64,000 nt of DNA from an uncultured Cryomorphaceae bacterium (GCA_947311505.1 CAMZLL010000057.1:2026-66025), one strand, 5' to 3'. Shown: positions 41,128 through 51,097, counted from the stretch's first letter. The notes: a model not told the origin generated them from the letters alone. Numbers and translations are program-made.

Positions 41128-41276
41128 AGTCCCATTAGCTATCTCATAATATAACTATAAAGGTAATAGAAATGTTGCTTGAGTGTTTGTTAATTAAATG
41201 CAAATTATTTTTTGAGGAAATAAAGTGCCTGCCTGATGGTGTTAATATACTTTAACTTCTAAGATTTGTTTAGGTT

Positions 41277-42047
41277 TTAAAGCATTCGAAACAATTCCCT
41301 ATTGATTAAGTTTTCTTTTTCTAAAACTTTATGTAAATACGGTCGCTTTCGGGCTTGTTTTGTGAGGTTCATGTGATTCATATTGTGACAGTCAGAACTT
41401 ACCATGTCAACCATATTATTGTCAATAAGTTTTTCTCCCAATGCACGCACTTCAGGTCCGTAATGTCCGGTTAAGGAGTTTATATTGAGTTGAATGGCTA
41501 CTCCCCGATCTTTTAGCGACTTAATTTTGCTCCATTGGTTGTCTGCAAACCAAAAAGGATAGCGTTCTACGTGTGCTAATACGGGTTTGTAATTATTGGT
41601 TGTTAGTTTCCAGATAATATCATTGAGCATAGGAGGTTCTGCAATAAATGGCAATTCAAACAATATATAGTTATCGCCAAATGTTAGGAGATTTCCTGCG
41701 TCAATCAAAGGTTCAAATCCTGCATCGAGGTTGTATTCTGCTGCTGCGTCAATTTGGATATGCAGTCCTTTTTCTGTAATTGCTTTTCTGACCTTTTTAA
41801 GACCATCCAGTATTATTTCGGGTGTATTTCTATAAAAATCACTCATTATATGTGGGGTAGTGATTACTTTTTTATATCCCAATGCTTCAAATTCCGTAAG
41901 CAACTCAATGGTATCTTCCAAAGTGGATGCGCCATCGTCAATGCCTGGTATGAGGTGCGAATGGATATCTACACCCAAGATGGATAAATCTACAGGATCT
42001 AAATCTTGTTCTTTTTTCTTGCCAAATATGTTGCTAAAGAATCCCAT
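41277..42047 (-). CDS. CpsB/CapC PHP-family tyrosine phosphatase
   Basis: DIHSHLIPGIDDG, TPH, AAEY, LAH.ERY, SDCH. Confidence 0.92.
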   Translation of the reverse strand: MGFFSNIFGKKKEQDLDPVDLSILGVDIHSHLIPGIDDGASTLEDTIELLTEFEALGYKKVITTPHIMSDFYRNTPEIILDGLKKVRKAITEKGLHIQIDAAAEYNLDAGFEPLIDAGNLLTFGDNYILFELPFIAEPPMLNDIIWKLTTNNYKPVLAHVERYPFWFADNQWSKIKSLKDRGVAIQLNINSLTGHYGPEVRALGEKLIDNNMVDMVSSDCHNMNHMNLTKQARKRPYLHKVLEKENLINRELFRML

Positions 42048-42087
42048 GGTTTATCGTTATGTGTATTTCTATATTAGGTATTCAAAA

Positions 42088-43140
42088 CTATCTCTTTTCG
42101 TATTGCCCTTCGTAGTAGGATCGATAAGCTCCAGAGGTAACATTATCGAGCCATTGCTCGTTTTCTAAATACCAATCTACAGTACTTGCCAATCCTTCTT
42201 CAAAGGTTACGGATGGTACCCAGCCTAATTCGTCTTTAATTTTAGTGGCATCGATTGCATAACGCATATCGTGTCCTGCCCTATCTTTTACGAAGGTAAT
42301 TAGTTTACGAGCTGTTCCTTTTTCGTTGCCCAATCTGTCATCCATAGTGTCGCACAGAAGATGTACGAGGTCTATATTCGTCCATTCGTTATGTCCTCCT
42401 ATATTGTAGGTTTCGCCAACTTCTCCATTGTGAAAAATAGTGTCGATTGCTCTTGCGTGATCTACTACCCAAAGCCAATCTCTAATGTTGAGTCCTTCTC
42501 CATAAACAGGTAATGGTTTGTTGTGTTTGATGTTGTGAATCATCAAAGGTATTAGTTTTTCTGGGAATTGGTGCGATCCATAATTGTTGCTACAATTAGA
42601 TATCTTAATAGGCAATCCATAAGTATGAAAATATGCTCTTACAATGTGGTCTGAACTTGCTTTAGAAGCACTGTAAGGGCTTCTAGGGTCATACGAGGTG
42701 TCTTCGTAGAAGAACCCTGTATCGCTAAGAGAACCGTACACCTCATCGGTAGAAATATGATAAAAAACTTTGTCTTGCATATTGTCTTTCCAAGCATCAC
42801 GAGCAGCATTTAGGAGATTTAATGTGCCTACGATATTGGTCATTATGAATTCCTTTGGGTTGGAAATAGATCGATCAACGTGAGATTCTGCTGCAAGGTG
42901 AATAACGGCATCGAAATTGTATTTTTTGAATAATTCAAATATAGCGGTATCATCTACTATATCTGCTTGCACAAATGTATAATTGCTTTTATTCTCAATG
43001 TCTTTGATGTTTTCAGGGTTGCCGGCATAGGTAAGTTTATCCATGTTTACGATGTTGTAATCTGGATATTTGTTGACCATAAGTCGTACTAGATGCGAAC
43101 CTATAAATCCACTTCCGCCTGTTAATAGTATGTTTTTCAT
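42088..43140 (-). CDS. rfbB: dTDP-glucose 4,6-dehydratase
   Basis: TGGSGFIGS, DKLTYAGN, AAESHVDRSI, STDEVYG, YSASKAS, DR.GHD.RY. Confidence 0.96.
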   Translation of the reverse strand: MKNILLTGGSGFIGSHLVRLMVNKYPDYNIVNMDKLTYAGNPENIKDIENKSNYTFVQADIVDDTAIFELFKKYNFDAVIHLAAESHVDRSISNPKEFIMTNIVGTLNLLNAARDAWKDNMQDKVFYHISTDEVYGSLSDTGFFYEDTSYDPRSPYSASKASSDHIVRAYFHTYGLPIKISNCSNNYGSHQFPEKLIPLMIHNIKHNKPLPVYGEGLNIRDWLWVVDHARAIDTIFHNGEVGETYNIGGHNEWTNIDLVHLLCDTMDDRLGNEKGTARKLITFVKDRAGHDMRYAIDATKIKDELGWVPSVTFEEGLASTVDWYLENEQWLDNVTSGAYRSYYEGQYEKR

Positions 43141-43245
43141 CGTGTTAATAATTTAACTTAGTTTTCTTGTTGTGTTATTCGCTTTAAGTGAGTGTTCACT
43201 TACGAGTGTTAACAAAACCAAAGTGCCTGTTGTTTTACTGAAGTA

Positions 43246-43390
43246 GCGTTAGGGATAATAGTGGTAGCTTTTGTGCTGAAATTCTTAGTAAATCCAGTTA
43301 AAAAAGAGCGATTTTATGAGCTCCTTTTTTGATTTGATTTTACTTGGAATTTCAGCATAAAACTATAACGGATAGCCCGCTCGAACGCCC
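43246..43390 (+). ncRNA. Structured RNA/repeat element copy A (Flavo-1-like)
   Basis: GCGTTAGGGATA...[about 95-nt hairpin]...GGATAGCCCG..GAACGCCC; shares both ends with the copy at 61306. Confidence 0.65.
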
Positions 43391-43410
43391 AACAAAACGG
43401 AATTGTACTT

Positions 43411-44700
43411 TTACAAACTCCAGTAGTCTAAGTTTGTAAATTTATTTTTATAAATTCCTTTTAAATCAACTAAGTGACCAATGTCTGTAAGCAAATCTTT
43501 GAAGTCTGCTTCGGTCATATCTACATATTCTTTGTGGTTAACAGCCACTACTACTGCGTCATATTTTCCTGTTGGTTTTTCAACCAAAGCATGTCCGTAT
43601 TCTTTTTCATAATCAATCGGATCTGCATGCGGATCAACGATTTCTACTACGCACGAATAGGATTCAATTTCTTTTACTACATCGATTACTCGAGAGTTTC
43701 GTATATCGCTAACGTCTTCTTTAAATGTGGCACCCATTACCAAGATTCTAGAGTCGATGATACTTTTTCCTTTTGCTAGAATTTTCTTTACGGTTTGTTT
43801 ACCCACATAGAATCCCATGCTATCGTTTACATAACGCCCTGAGTTGATTATTTTAGCGTGGTAACCGAGTTGCTTTGCTTTGTGCGTTAAATAATATGGA
43901 TCTACACCAATGCAGTGACCACCCACTAACCCTGGTCTGAAGTTTAAGAAATTCCATTTAGTTCCTGCCGCTTCTAAGACATCAAATGTGTTGATATCCA
44001 TACGTCCAAAAATAATAGACAACTCATTAATCAAAGCGATGTTTACGTCTCGTTGTGTGTTTTCAATAATTTTTGCAGCTTCGGCTACTTTTATTGAAGG
44101 CGCTCTATGCACACCTGCATCTACAACCAACTCGTATGTTTTTGCTATATTCTCTGCTGATTCTGGGGTATCTCCTGAAGAAACTTTTACGATGGTAGCC
44201 AACGTGTGCACTTTATCTCCTGGGTTAATTCGCTCTGGAGAGTAGCCTACATTAAAGTCTTCTTTCCATTTTAATCCGCTAACTTCTTCTAAAACAGGAA
44301 TACAATCATCTTCGGTACAACCTGGGTAAACGGTAGATTCGTACACTACATAATCTCCTTTTTTAAGCACTTTACCAACAGTGGTTGAGGCACCAATCAA
44401 GGGTCTGATGTCTGGCTCTTTACTCTCGTCAATAGGTGTAGGTACAGCTACGATAAAGAATTTCACATCTTTTAAATCTTCTAAATCTGCTGTGAAGTGA
44501 ATGTTTTTATTTTCAAAATCTTCGGCAACCAATTCGCTACTCGGATCGATGTTGTTTCGCATCATGTCCACTCTTTTTTGGTTGATGTCAAATCCTACTA
44601 CATCTATGTGTTTTGCAAATTCCAAGGCTATTGGCAACCCAACATATCCCAAGCCGATTACGGCTAATTTTGCTTCTTTGTTTACTAGTTTGTTATACAT
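43411..44700 (-). CDS. UDP-N-acetylhexosamine 6-dehydrogenase (WbpA/WbpO/TviB-like)
   Basis: GLGYVGLP, AVPTP, ESTVYPG, SPERINPG, GGHCIGVDP, FKE...D.RNS. Confidence 0.93.
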   Translation of the reverse strand: MYNKLVNKEAKLAVIGLGYVGLPIALEFAKHIDVVGFDINQKRVDMMRNNIDPSSELVAEDFENKNIHFTADLEDLKDVKFFIVAVPTPIDESKEPDIRPLIGASTTVGKVLKKGDYVVYESTVYPGCTEDDCIPVLEEVSGLKWKEDFNVGYSPERINPGDKVHTLATIVKVSSGDTPESAENIAKTYELVVDAGVHRAPSIKVAEAAKIIENTQRDVNIALINELSIIFGRMDINTFDVLEAAGTKWNFLNFRPGLVGGHCIGVDPYYLTHKAKQLGYHAKIINSGRYVNDSMGFYVGKQTVKKILAKGKSIIDSRILVMGATFKEDVSDIRNSRVIDVVKEIESYSCVVEIVDPHADPIDYEKEYGHALVEKPTGKYDAVVVAVNHKEYVDMTEADFKDLLTDIGHLVDLKGIYKNKFTNLDYWSL

Positions 44701-44786
44701 TTTATTCGTTTAATTACATAATCAAATGTACAAGGTATAACGTTTTAATCGCATTATACATAGTACATAAATCATTGTACGTTTAA

Positions 44787-45830
44787 TTAATATCCTTGTT
44801 CGTCTCTTACTTCGTAAATTCTTTCTATTATATCTACTACTTTTAATCCTTCTAGTGCGTTGGTTGTAGCTGTGGTTCTTCCTTTTAGGGTATCTACTAC
44901 GTTTTCTATGATGTAATGATGATTGGCAGCAGAACCTTTGTATTGACCATAATCATTTGGAGGATTGGAAGGTGCTAATTCTGGCATTTCGTAATTATCG
45001 ATATGACAATATTCTACTTCGTTCATATATTGACCTCCAACTTTAACAGAACCCTTGCTTCCTATAATGGTAATGCTGCTTTCTAGGTTTTTGTTCCATA
45101 CTGCTGTAGAATAATTTAAAGACCCCATTCCTCCATCTAGGAAGTCAAAGGAAACAAAACCAGAATCTTCGAAGTCTGTATTGTCCTTATGTGTGAAATC
45201 TCCAAACTTTCCTTTGATGTTTTTAATATCACCAAACAACCAATACATGATGTCTATAAAGTGTGAGAATTGTGTAAATAACGTACCTCCATCAAGGTCT
45301 TGTTTTCCTTTCCAACCTCCCGCTTTATAATAGCGTTCGTCTCTGTTCCAATAGCAATTTACCTGCACCATAAATGTATCGCCTATGATACCTTGCTCTA
45401 CTATTTCTTTTAACCAAGCCGAGGGAGGGGAATATCTGTTTTGCATTACCGCAAATACTTGTTTGTGATTACGCAAGGCTTTGAAGATAACGCCTTCACA
45501 TTTTGCTTTTGAAAGTCCAATTGGTTTTTCTACTACGATGTGTTTTTTGTCGTCTAAAGCCAAAATAGCTTGATCAGAATGCAGACCGTTAGGTGTACAA
45601 ATGTTAGCAACATCAAACTCTAATCCTGCTGCTAATAATTCTTCTACAGAACTGAAAAATGGTACATCACCAAATGCCTCAATTCCCAATTCTGATTTAG
45701 GTCGAATATCGCAAAGCGCTATCAACTCCGATTCATCGTTGTTAGCAATCATTGTAGCGTGTCGTTTTCCGATGTGTCCACAGCCAATTACTACAAACTT
45801 TACTTTATCCGTTTCTTTAATTTCTGCCAT
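44787..45830 (-). CDS. wbpB: Gfo/Idh/MocA oxidoreductase, UDP-GlcNAcA 3-dehydrogenase (WbpB/WlbA-like)
   Basis: GCG.IG.RH, CTPNGLH, EKP, QNRY, W.R...YY, GG.L..Q.SH..D; operon context. Confidence 0.8.
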   Translation of the reverse strand: MAEIKETDKVKFVVIGCGHIGKRHATMIANNDESELIALCDIRPKSELGIEAFGDVPFFSSVEELLAAGLEFDVANICTPNGLHSDQAILALDDKKHIVVEKPIGLSKAKCEGVIFKALRNHKQVFAVMQNRYSPPSAWLKEIVEQGIIGDTFMVQVNCYWNRDERYYKAGGWKGKQDLDGGTLFTQFSHFIDIMYWLFGDIKNIKGKFGDFTHKDNTDFEDSGFVSFDFLDGGMGSLNYSTAVWNKNLESSITIIGSKGSVKVGGQYMNEVEYCHIDNYEMPELAPSNPPNDYGQYKGSAANHHYIIENVVDTLKGRTTATTNALEGLKVVDIIERIYEVRDEQGY

Positions 45831-46402
45831 TATATTATTCTTTTTACAATGTCGTTTTTTAATTCGTATTCTTGCTTACTTTCGTCACAGATAGCGATAC
45901 CTTCTTCGTTAAAATTTAAACGATGTCCGTATTCACCTACCCAACCTATTTGTTTGGACGGGTTGCCGACTACTAAGGCAAAATCTTTGATGGTTTTGGT
46001 TACGACAGATCCTGCGCCTATAAAAGCATAAGCACCTATATCATTACCACATACAATGGTAGCATTTGCTCCGATAGAAGCCCCTTTGCCTACTTTCGTG
46101 ACGGCATATTGCCCTCTTCTATTAACGGCACTACGAGGATTGATTACATTGGTAAACACCATAGATGGACCTAGAAACACATCGTCTTCGCAAGTAACAC
46201 CTGTATAAATAGATACGTTGTTTTGAACTTTTACGTTTTTTCCAAGCACTACATCACCTGCTATCACTACGTTTTGACCGATGTTACAATTTTCTCCTAG
46301 TGTACACTTACTCATCAAGTGAGAAAAGTGCCAAACTTTAGTTCCTCTTCCTATGGTACAGTTGTCGTCAATAACTGCTGTTTCGTGTGCGAAATAATTC
46401 AT
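45830..46402 (-). CDS. wbpD: Hexapeptide N-acetyltransferase (WbpD/WlbB-like)
   Basis: AHETAVID, WHFSH, CNIGQNV, KVQNNVSIY, GPSMVFTNVINPRS; TAAATTTG box at 46420-46427. Confidence 0.88.
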   Translation of the reverse strand: MNYFAHETAVIDDNCTIGRGTKVWHFSHLMSKCTLGENCNIGQNVVIAGDVVLGKNVKVQNNVSIYTGVTCEDDVFLGPSMVFTNVINPRSAVNRRGQYAVTKVGKGASIGANATIVCGNDIGAYAFIGAGSVVTKTIKDFALVVGNPSKQIGWVGEYGHRLNFNEEGIAICDESKQEYELKNDIVKRII

Positions 46403-46725
46403 TTTTAATCTAATTTCCACAAATTTATTGAAAATTGTGAATTAAATTAAATTCTAGTCTTTTATTATTTGAATGGGCGATTTTTCTCTATCAATAACCA
46501 AAGATTTTTACTGAGTTAAATTTATATTTTATAATTAATTGTATAACGGCCTTAATTTGTGAATATTTCGGATTATTAATGAAACCCAAATATAAAGTTG
46601 ACGCTTAACCCGAAGCACTAAGTCCATTGACTTGTTCCTTGTTTGATTATTTTGGTGATACCTGATTCGAGGTTTTGAACTTGCTAAACCATTCGTTGAC
46701 ACATGGGTTTCTCTAACATTCATTG

Positions 46726-46748
46726 ATGCCTTCGAGAGCCTCAGGCAT
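46726..46748 (+). repeat. REP-like 23-nt hairpin
   Basis: ATGCCT-TCGAGAGCCTC-AGGCAT; same architecture as 51098-51120. Confidence 0.55.
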
Positions 46749-46844
46749 AGATAAAGTTACATATCAGCTACATTAAATATATATTCACCCTTTTTGACGG
46801 AAAACCATTTTTTTCTTGAGATAAAATACTAGAATTACTTTCCT

Positions 46845-47540
46845 TTGAGTATAATTGCATTTATGAAAATAAAAAAGACACTTCTCATTTGTGTTGTTGC
46901 TATTGCTACAATTACATCGTCATGTGTGAGTTCAAGATTTGTAGAACCACTTGACAAGGGCGAGCATTCAATCGGTATAGATGTCGGAGGACCATTATTA
47001 GGGTATAAATTATTGGCATTTCCTACTCCTTTGTCTTCTATTTCTTATGGTTACGGTATCGATTCTAACCTCACTGCATTTGTAGGCTTGCACACTACAT
47101 CGTTATTATTCCAAAATTTCCATACCGATTTTGGAGCTACCTACAAATTTTTAAATCAAAAAAAATACAGACCATCGCTTTCTGCGTCTATAAATAATAC
47201 AATAGTGTCTAGCTTTAGAACAGGCGCAACTCGTTACTGGCCTCAGCTTGATATTAACGGATACTGGAATTTCTCTGAACAAAAGCATTTTATATACGTA
47301 GGAATGTCCAATTGGTTTGAATTAAAAGAAAAGCGAACCCATGATCAAGAGTCTATACAAAGATGGATCGCAAATCCACAAATCGGAGTTACCTTTAAAA
47401 TGAAACGAGTACGTGTGCACATTGAATACAAAGCACTCGCAATAGGATTAAACAGTAAAGAAGTATTTGTACCCTATAATAGTCTAATAAAAGGAAAAGG
47501 AGCGGTAGGCTTTTATTTCGGAATTTCAAAAACATTTTAA
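46845..47540 (+). CDS. Hypothetical lipoprotein with outer-membrane beta-strands
   Basis: Lipobox TSSC; alternating strands; C-terminal FYFGISKTF. Confidence 0.7.
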   Translation: MSIIAFMKIKKTLLICVVAIATITSSCVSSRFVEPLDKGEHSIGIDVGGPLLGYKLLAFPTPLSSISYGYGIDSNLTAFVGLHTTSLLFQNFHTDFGATYKFLNQKKYRPSLSASINNTIVSSFRTGATRYWPQLDINGYWNFSEQKHFIYVGMSNWFELKEKRTHDQESIQRWIANPQIGVTFKMKRVRVHIEYKALAIGLNSKEVFVPYNSLIKGKGAVGFYFGISKTF

Positions 47541-48452
47541 ATGAAGAAAGAAATATATTTATCTATAGTTATCGTTATTTTTGGAGGACTTTTTTTAGGA
47601 AGCTGTGCTAAGATTGATCCTATGGTTTTTAAAGGCACAGCGATAGATGAATACCTGCTCGAAGATTATGATGGCGTTATTGGTTTTGAAGATTTACCAG
47701 ATAGCTTTGATATTCCTGAGCAATACACTACTATTTTCACTATTGAGTCTCAATTACCTTCCGAATCAGAAGCTACTAAGATTTATGCTTTATACGTTGG
47801 GGATATGGCATCTATCGCTACCGATACTATTATTGTTTATTTTCATGGTCAATCCTACCACATGGATGCGTACTGGCCTCGTACTAAGCTAATAGCCAAT
47901 ACAGGAGGTAAAAACAGATATGGTGTGCTCACCATTGATTATCGAGGGTATGGAAAGTCTGAAGGAAGCTCCACGGAAGCCTCTCTCTATCAAGATGCCA
48001 AGAGCGCTCTTATTTGGCTAGATGGTCAAGGTGTTAACACTAGCAACGTAGTCATATACGGATATAGCTTGGGAACTGCACCTGCTACTGAGTTACTCTC
48101 TAATCATACTCCGTTTGCACCTGCTAAACTAATACTAGAATCTCCAATGGCATCTGCTCAAAATCTTGCGGAGGAAGCCTCCGTTATCAATGTCAGTAGT
48201 GATTTTTTCTCTACTTTAGATTTTAACACAGCAGACAAGATGAAAAGCATCAACCAGCCTCTTTTGATAATGCATGGAGAACTAGATGACTACTTATCTA
48301 TTTCTAATAGTGAAATTATTTTTGGAAACTACACTGGTACAGATGGTACTTTTATTAGAGTTCCTGGTGCATACCACAGTACTCCGGGAGTACCGCAAAC
48401 AATGGGATATGTTGACTATCTTGAAGCCTTAGAAACTTTTGTAACCAAATAA
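47541..48452 (+). CDS. Alpha/beta hydrolase lipoprotein
   Basis: Lipobox LGSC; YFHG, DYRGYGKS.G, GYSLG nucleophile, HG..D, GA.H. Confidence 0.9.
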   Translation: MKKEIYLSIVIVIFGGLFLGSCAKIDPMVFKGTAIDEYLLEDYDGVIGFEDLPDSFDIPEQYTTIFTIESQLPSESEATKIYALYVGDMASIATDTIIVYFHGQSYHMDAYWPRTKLIANTGGKNRYGVLTIDYRGYGKSEGSSTEASLYQDAKSALIWLDGQGVNTSNVVIYGYSLGTAPATELLSNHTPFAPAKLILESPMASAQNLAEEASVINVSSDFFSTLDFNTADKMKSINQPLLIMHGELDDYLSISNSEIIFGNYTGTDGTFIRVPGAYHSTPGVPQTMGYVDYLEALETFVTK

Positions 48453-48459
48453 TACTGAT

Positions 48460-49122
48460 TTAACTGGTAGAACCAGCAAACTCATAATCCACCAAAGATT
48501 TCAAGTCTATACTTCTTGTTTCAGAGGCAAACTGCATTTTTAATATTTTAGAAAATGCATTCTTAAGAGATTGGGGTTTTTGCAAATTTATTTCTTTAGC
48601 ATCAATATTTAATATCGGGCAAGAAACCAATTCTGGAAGTGTTTTTTTATAGGTTTCGTTGAGATTATCTAAGTAGGAGGCGTCCATATTATGCTCATAA
48701 GACCTCCCTCTTTGATTTATGTTTTTGAGAAGGTCAGAAGTGCTTCTATTTAAGAAAATAACCAAGTCAGGTTGCGGAAAATCACACAACAATTGGTTGG
48801 CTACTTGCCTATATAAATTAAAGTCTTTTGTGGAAAGGTTTTGTTGAGCAAAAACCAAACTCTTTAAGGGAATATAATCAGCTATGATGAGCTGTGTATT
48901 GTTTGTATGAAACTTGTGCAACTGTCTGTTTCGGTCTAGTAAAAATTGTAATTCTGCTTGTAATGCAAATGCCTTGTTGGAGTAGAAATCTTTTAAACTT
49001 TCGTTTTCTTCAAACTCTTCTAACAAGAGTTTTGCGTCTAGAAACTGACCTAAGAAATTTGCTAATGTAGATTTTCCTACACCAATATTCCCTTCTATAG
49101 CTATGTATTTATAATCCGTCAA
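48460..49122 (-). CDS. Deoxynucleoside kinase
   Basis: IAIEGNIGVGKST, FL.DR, PDL..FL, I..RGR.YE. Confidence 0.9.
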   Translation of the reverse strand: MTDYKYIAIEGNIGVGKSTLANFLGQFLDAKLLLEEFEENESLKDFYSNKAFALQAELQFLLDRNRQLHKFHTNNTQLIIADYIPLKSLVFAQQNLSTKDFNLYRQVANQLLCDFPQPDLVIFLNRSTSDLLKNINQRGRSYEHNMDASYLDNLNETYKKTLPELVSCPILNIDAKEINLQKPQSLKNAFSKILKMQFASETRSIDLKSLVDYEFAGSTS

Positions 49123-49607
49123 TTTGTTAGCTTTGTAAGTGTGCTAGTGTCGGTACAGTTGCTAATCATTTCATCCATAGTCTGTTTAAGAACAGGATGC
49201 TCCCAGCTTGGCTGTACTTCGGCTAAAGGTAGTAAACAAAATCTACGTAGGTGCAATCTTGGATGCGGAACTATTAAGTTTTCTGTATTAATAATTTGAG
49301 CTTCTATGGCAAGAATATCAATATCAATAACCCGATCTGAGTAACCTTCACTTCCTCGTTTTCTGCCCAATGCTTTTTCTATGCGCAATGCTTTTTCTAA
49401 AATAATTTCAGGCGCCAATTCAGATTTAAAAACCACTACTTGATTGAGATAGTCATTCGTAGAATCATAGCCCCAAGCAGGCGACTTGTATTGACTAGAT
49501 TTACGTTTCAATGTACCAATATTCCATTCCAAAAACGAAACAGCCAAACTAATGACCTCTTCTTTGTTAGAAAGGTTTGCACCCAATATAAAAGTAACTT
49601 CTTGCAT
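49119..49607 (-). CDS. folK: 2-amino-4-hydroxy-6-hydroxymethyldihydropteridine pyrophosphokinase
   Basis: LG.NL, YLN.V, IE..LGR, R.IDIDIL, PHP.L..RRF.L.PL. Confidence 0.93.
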   Translation of the reverse strand: MQEVTFILGANLSNKEEVISLAVSFLEWNIGTLKRKSSQYKSPAWGYDSTNDYLNQVVVFKSELAPEIILEKALRIEKALGRKRGSEGYSDRVIDIDILAIEAQIINTENLIVPHPRLHLRRFCLLPLAEVQPSWEHPVLKQTMDEMISNCTDTSTLTKLTN

Positions 49608-49705
49608 CAAGTTACAAAAGTAACGGATTCCTTCAGGAGTAAAAAATGGAAATTGGTTTTTGTTGAAAAGGTTTTGAAAGTTGTTTTTTAATTTCGGTTT
49701 AAGCC

Positions 49706-51040
49706 CTATATCATCCCACGAGATTTCAATTCCAAATACTTATTAATCGCATTGACCGATAGCTCCTCAGGTTTGGTTAAGATACTTTGTATTCCGTACT
49801 TCCTAAGTTCGCTAGCAATGAGCTTTTTCTCCAATGCAAACTTTTGTGCCAGCGTTTTGAAATAGATGTCTTTTACGTTTTCTACATTCAGGTTAGTAGT
49901 GTTTTCCAATTCAGTATTCTCAAAAAAGATAACCACCAACAAGTGGTTTTGGTTAATTTTACGTAGTAAAGTTATGTTTCGCTTTAAGGCATACATACTT
50001 TCAAAGTTGGTAAACAGCAAAATCATACTCCTACCTTTGATTACTTTACGAGTTCCATAATACAATCGTTCGTAGTTGGACTCCATAAACAGCGTCTTTT
50101 GATTGTAAAGGACGTCCATTATCTTACGAAGCTGCAGCGAAGTGCTTTCTGCTGGCAATTGCGCACCTATTTTATCAGCAAAGGTTATCACACCAGCCTT
50201 GTCTCCTTTTCGTAGAATAATATTGGACAACACCAATGAAGCATTAATAGAATGATCCAATAAAGTTAATCTGTCAAATGGCATCCGCATCGACCTACTT
50301 TTGTCTATGATACAATAAACCTGTTGCGATCGTTCTTCTTGATATTGATTGACCATCAATTCGCCTCTTCTACTGGTTGCCTTCCAGTTAATAGATCGAA
50401 TATCATCGCCTTGTACGTAGTTCTTTATTTGTTCAAACTCATTGTTATTTCCTATTCTTCGTACTTTTTTTATACCTGAAAATATTGCCGTTTTTGAGAA
50501 TACTTGCAATTCGTATTTTCGCATCTGCAAGATGGAAGGATAAACTTTTAATGTTTGCTTTGCTGGGATTTTGATTCTCCTTTCTGCCAATCTAAGCAAT
50601 GAAGAAACATATACATTGATGCTATCAAATTCGTACTCTCCTCTTTTAATTGGTTTTATGATATATTGAATCTCCTTTGTTTCTCCAGGTTTTAAAGTAA
50701 TGAAATATTCAAAATCTCGAATCTGTAATTGGAAGGGTAATTCATCTATAACTCTAAGATTTACAGGAAGTTTGTATTTACTAGTCAACTGTAGCCTGAT
50801 GGTGTTATCGTCTCCTAGCGATAGTTGTTTGATTGCAATTCTACGACCTTTTATACTCGATTTAGACAAAAATAAAACAAATATATCGAGAAAAAAAACT
50901 CCCAAAAATACGAGCAATGCCACTTTTGCAATAAGCATCAAACTAGGAACAGCATAGGCAAGACAAAACATCCCAATGAGCAATGCCCAATAGAGAAAGA
51001 AGTGCTTTCGCAAATAAAATTGTCTTAGTAATCGTATCAT
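49706..51040 (-). CDS. DUF58 family protein (vWA-like, MoxR partner)
   Basis: RG.Y.F, KVYP, EFEQIK.YV.GDD.R.INWKAT, ID.SRSM. Confidence 0.9.
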   Translation of the reverse strand: MIRLLRQFYLRKHFFLYWALLIGMFCLAYAVPSLMLIAKVALLVFLGVFFLDIFVLFLSKSSIKGRRIAIKQLSLGDDNTIRLQLTSKYKLPVNLRVIDELPFQLQIRDFEYFITLKPGETKEIQYIIKPIKRGEYEFDSINVYVSSLLRLAERRIKIPAKQTLKVYPSILQMRKYELQVFSKTAIFSGIKKVRRIGNNNEFEQIKNYVQGDDIRSINWKATSRRGELMVNQYQEERSQQVYCIIDKSRSMRMPFDRLTLLDHSINASLVLSNIILRKGDKAGVITFADKIGAQLPAESTSLQLRKIMDVLYNQKTLFMESNYERLYYGTRKVIKGRSMILLFTNFESMYALKRNITLLRKINQNHLLVVIFFENTELENTTNLNVENVKDIYFKTLAQKFALEKKLIASELRKYGIQSILTKPEELSVNAINKYLELKSRGMI

Positions 51041-51097
51041 TTTGTTTTCGTGTTGCGTTACTTATACTGCGTGTTTGTTCTATTAAAAACAATTTTG

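Noticed and set aside
44713-44786. GTACA/TATAC stutter with weak dyad symmetry in the wbpB-dehydrogenase spacer
   Set aside because: Too short and AT-rich to distinguish from chance; possibly a cassette scar but unsupported
46535-46723. 62-aa minus-strand ORF, and a stop-interrupted frame ending FGLSVNFIFGFH
   Set aside because: No recognisable family; may be a decayed gene end but cannot be supported without a search
49119-49122. Possible frameshift-fused FolK-deoxynucleoside kinase
   Set aside because: The junction is a plain TTGA start/stop overlap with no slippery heptamer, so translational coupling suffices
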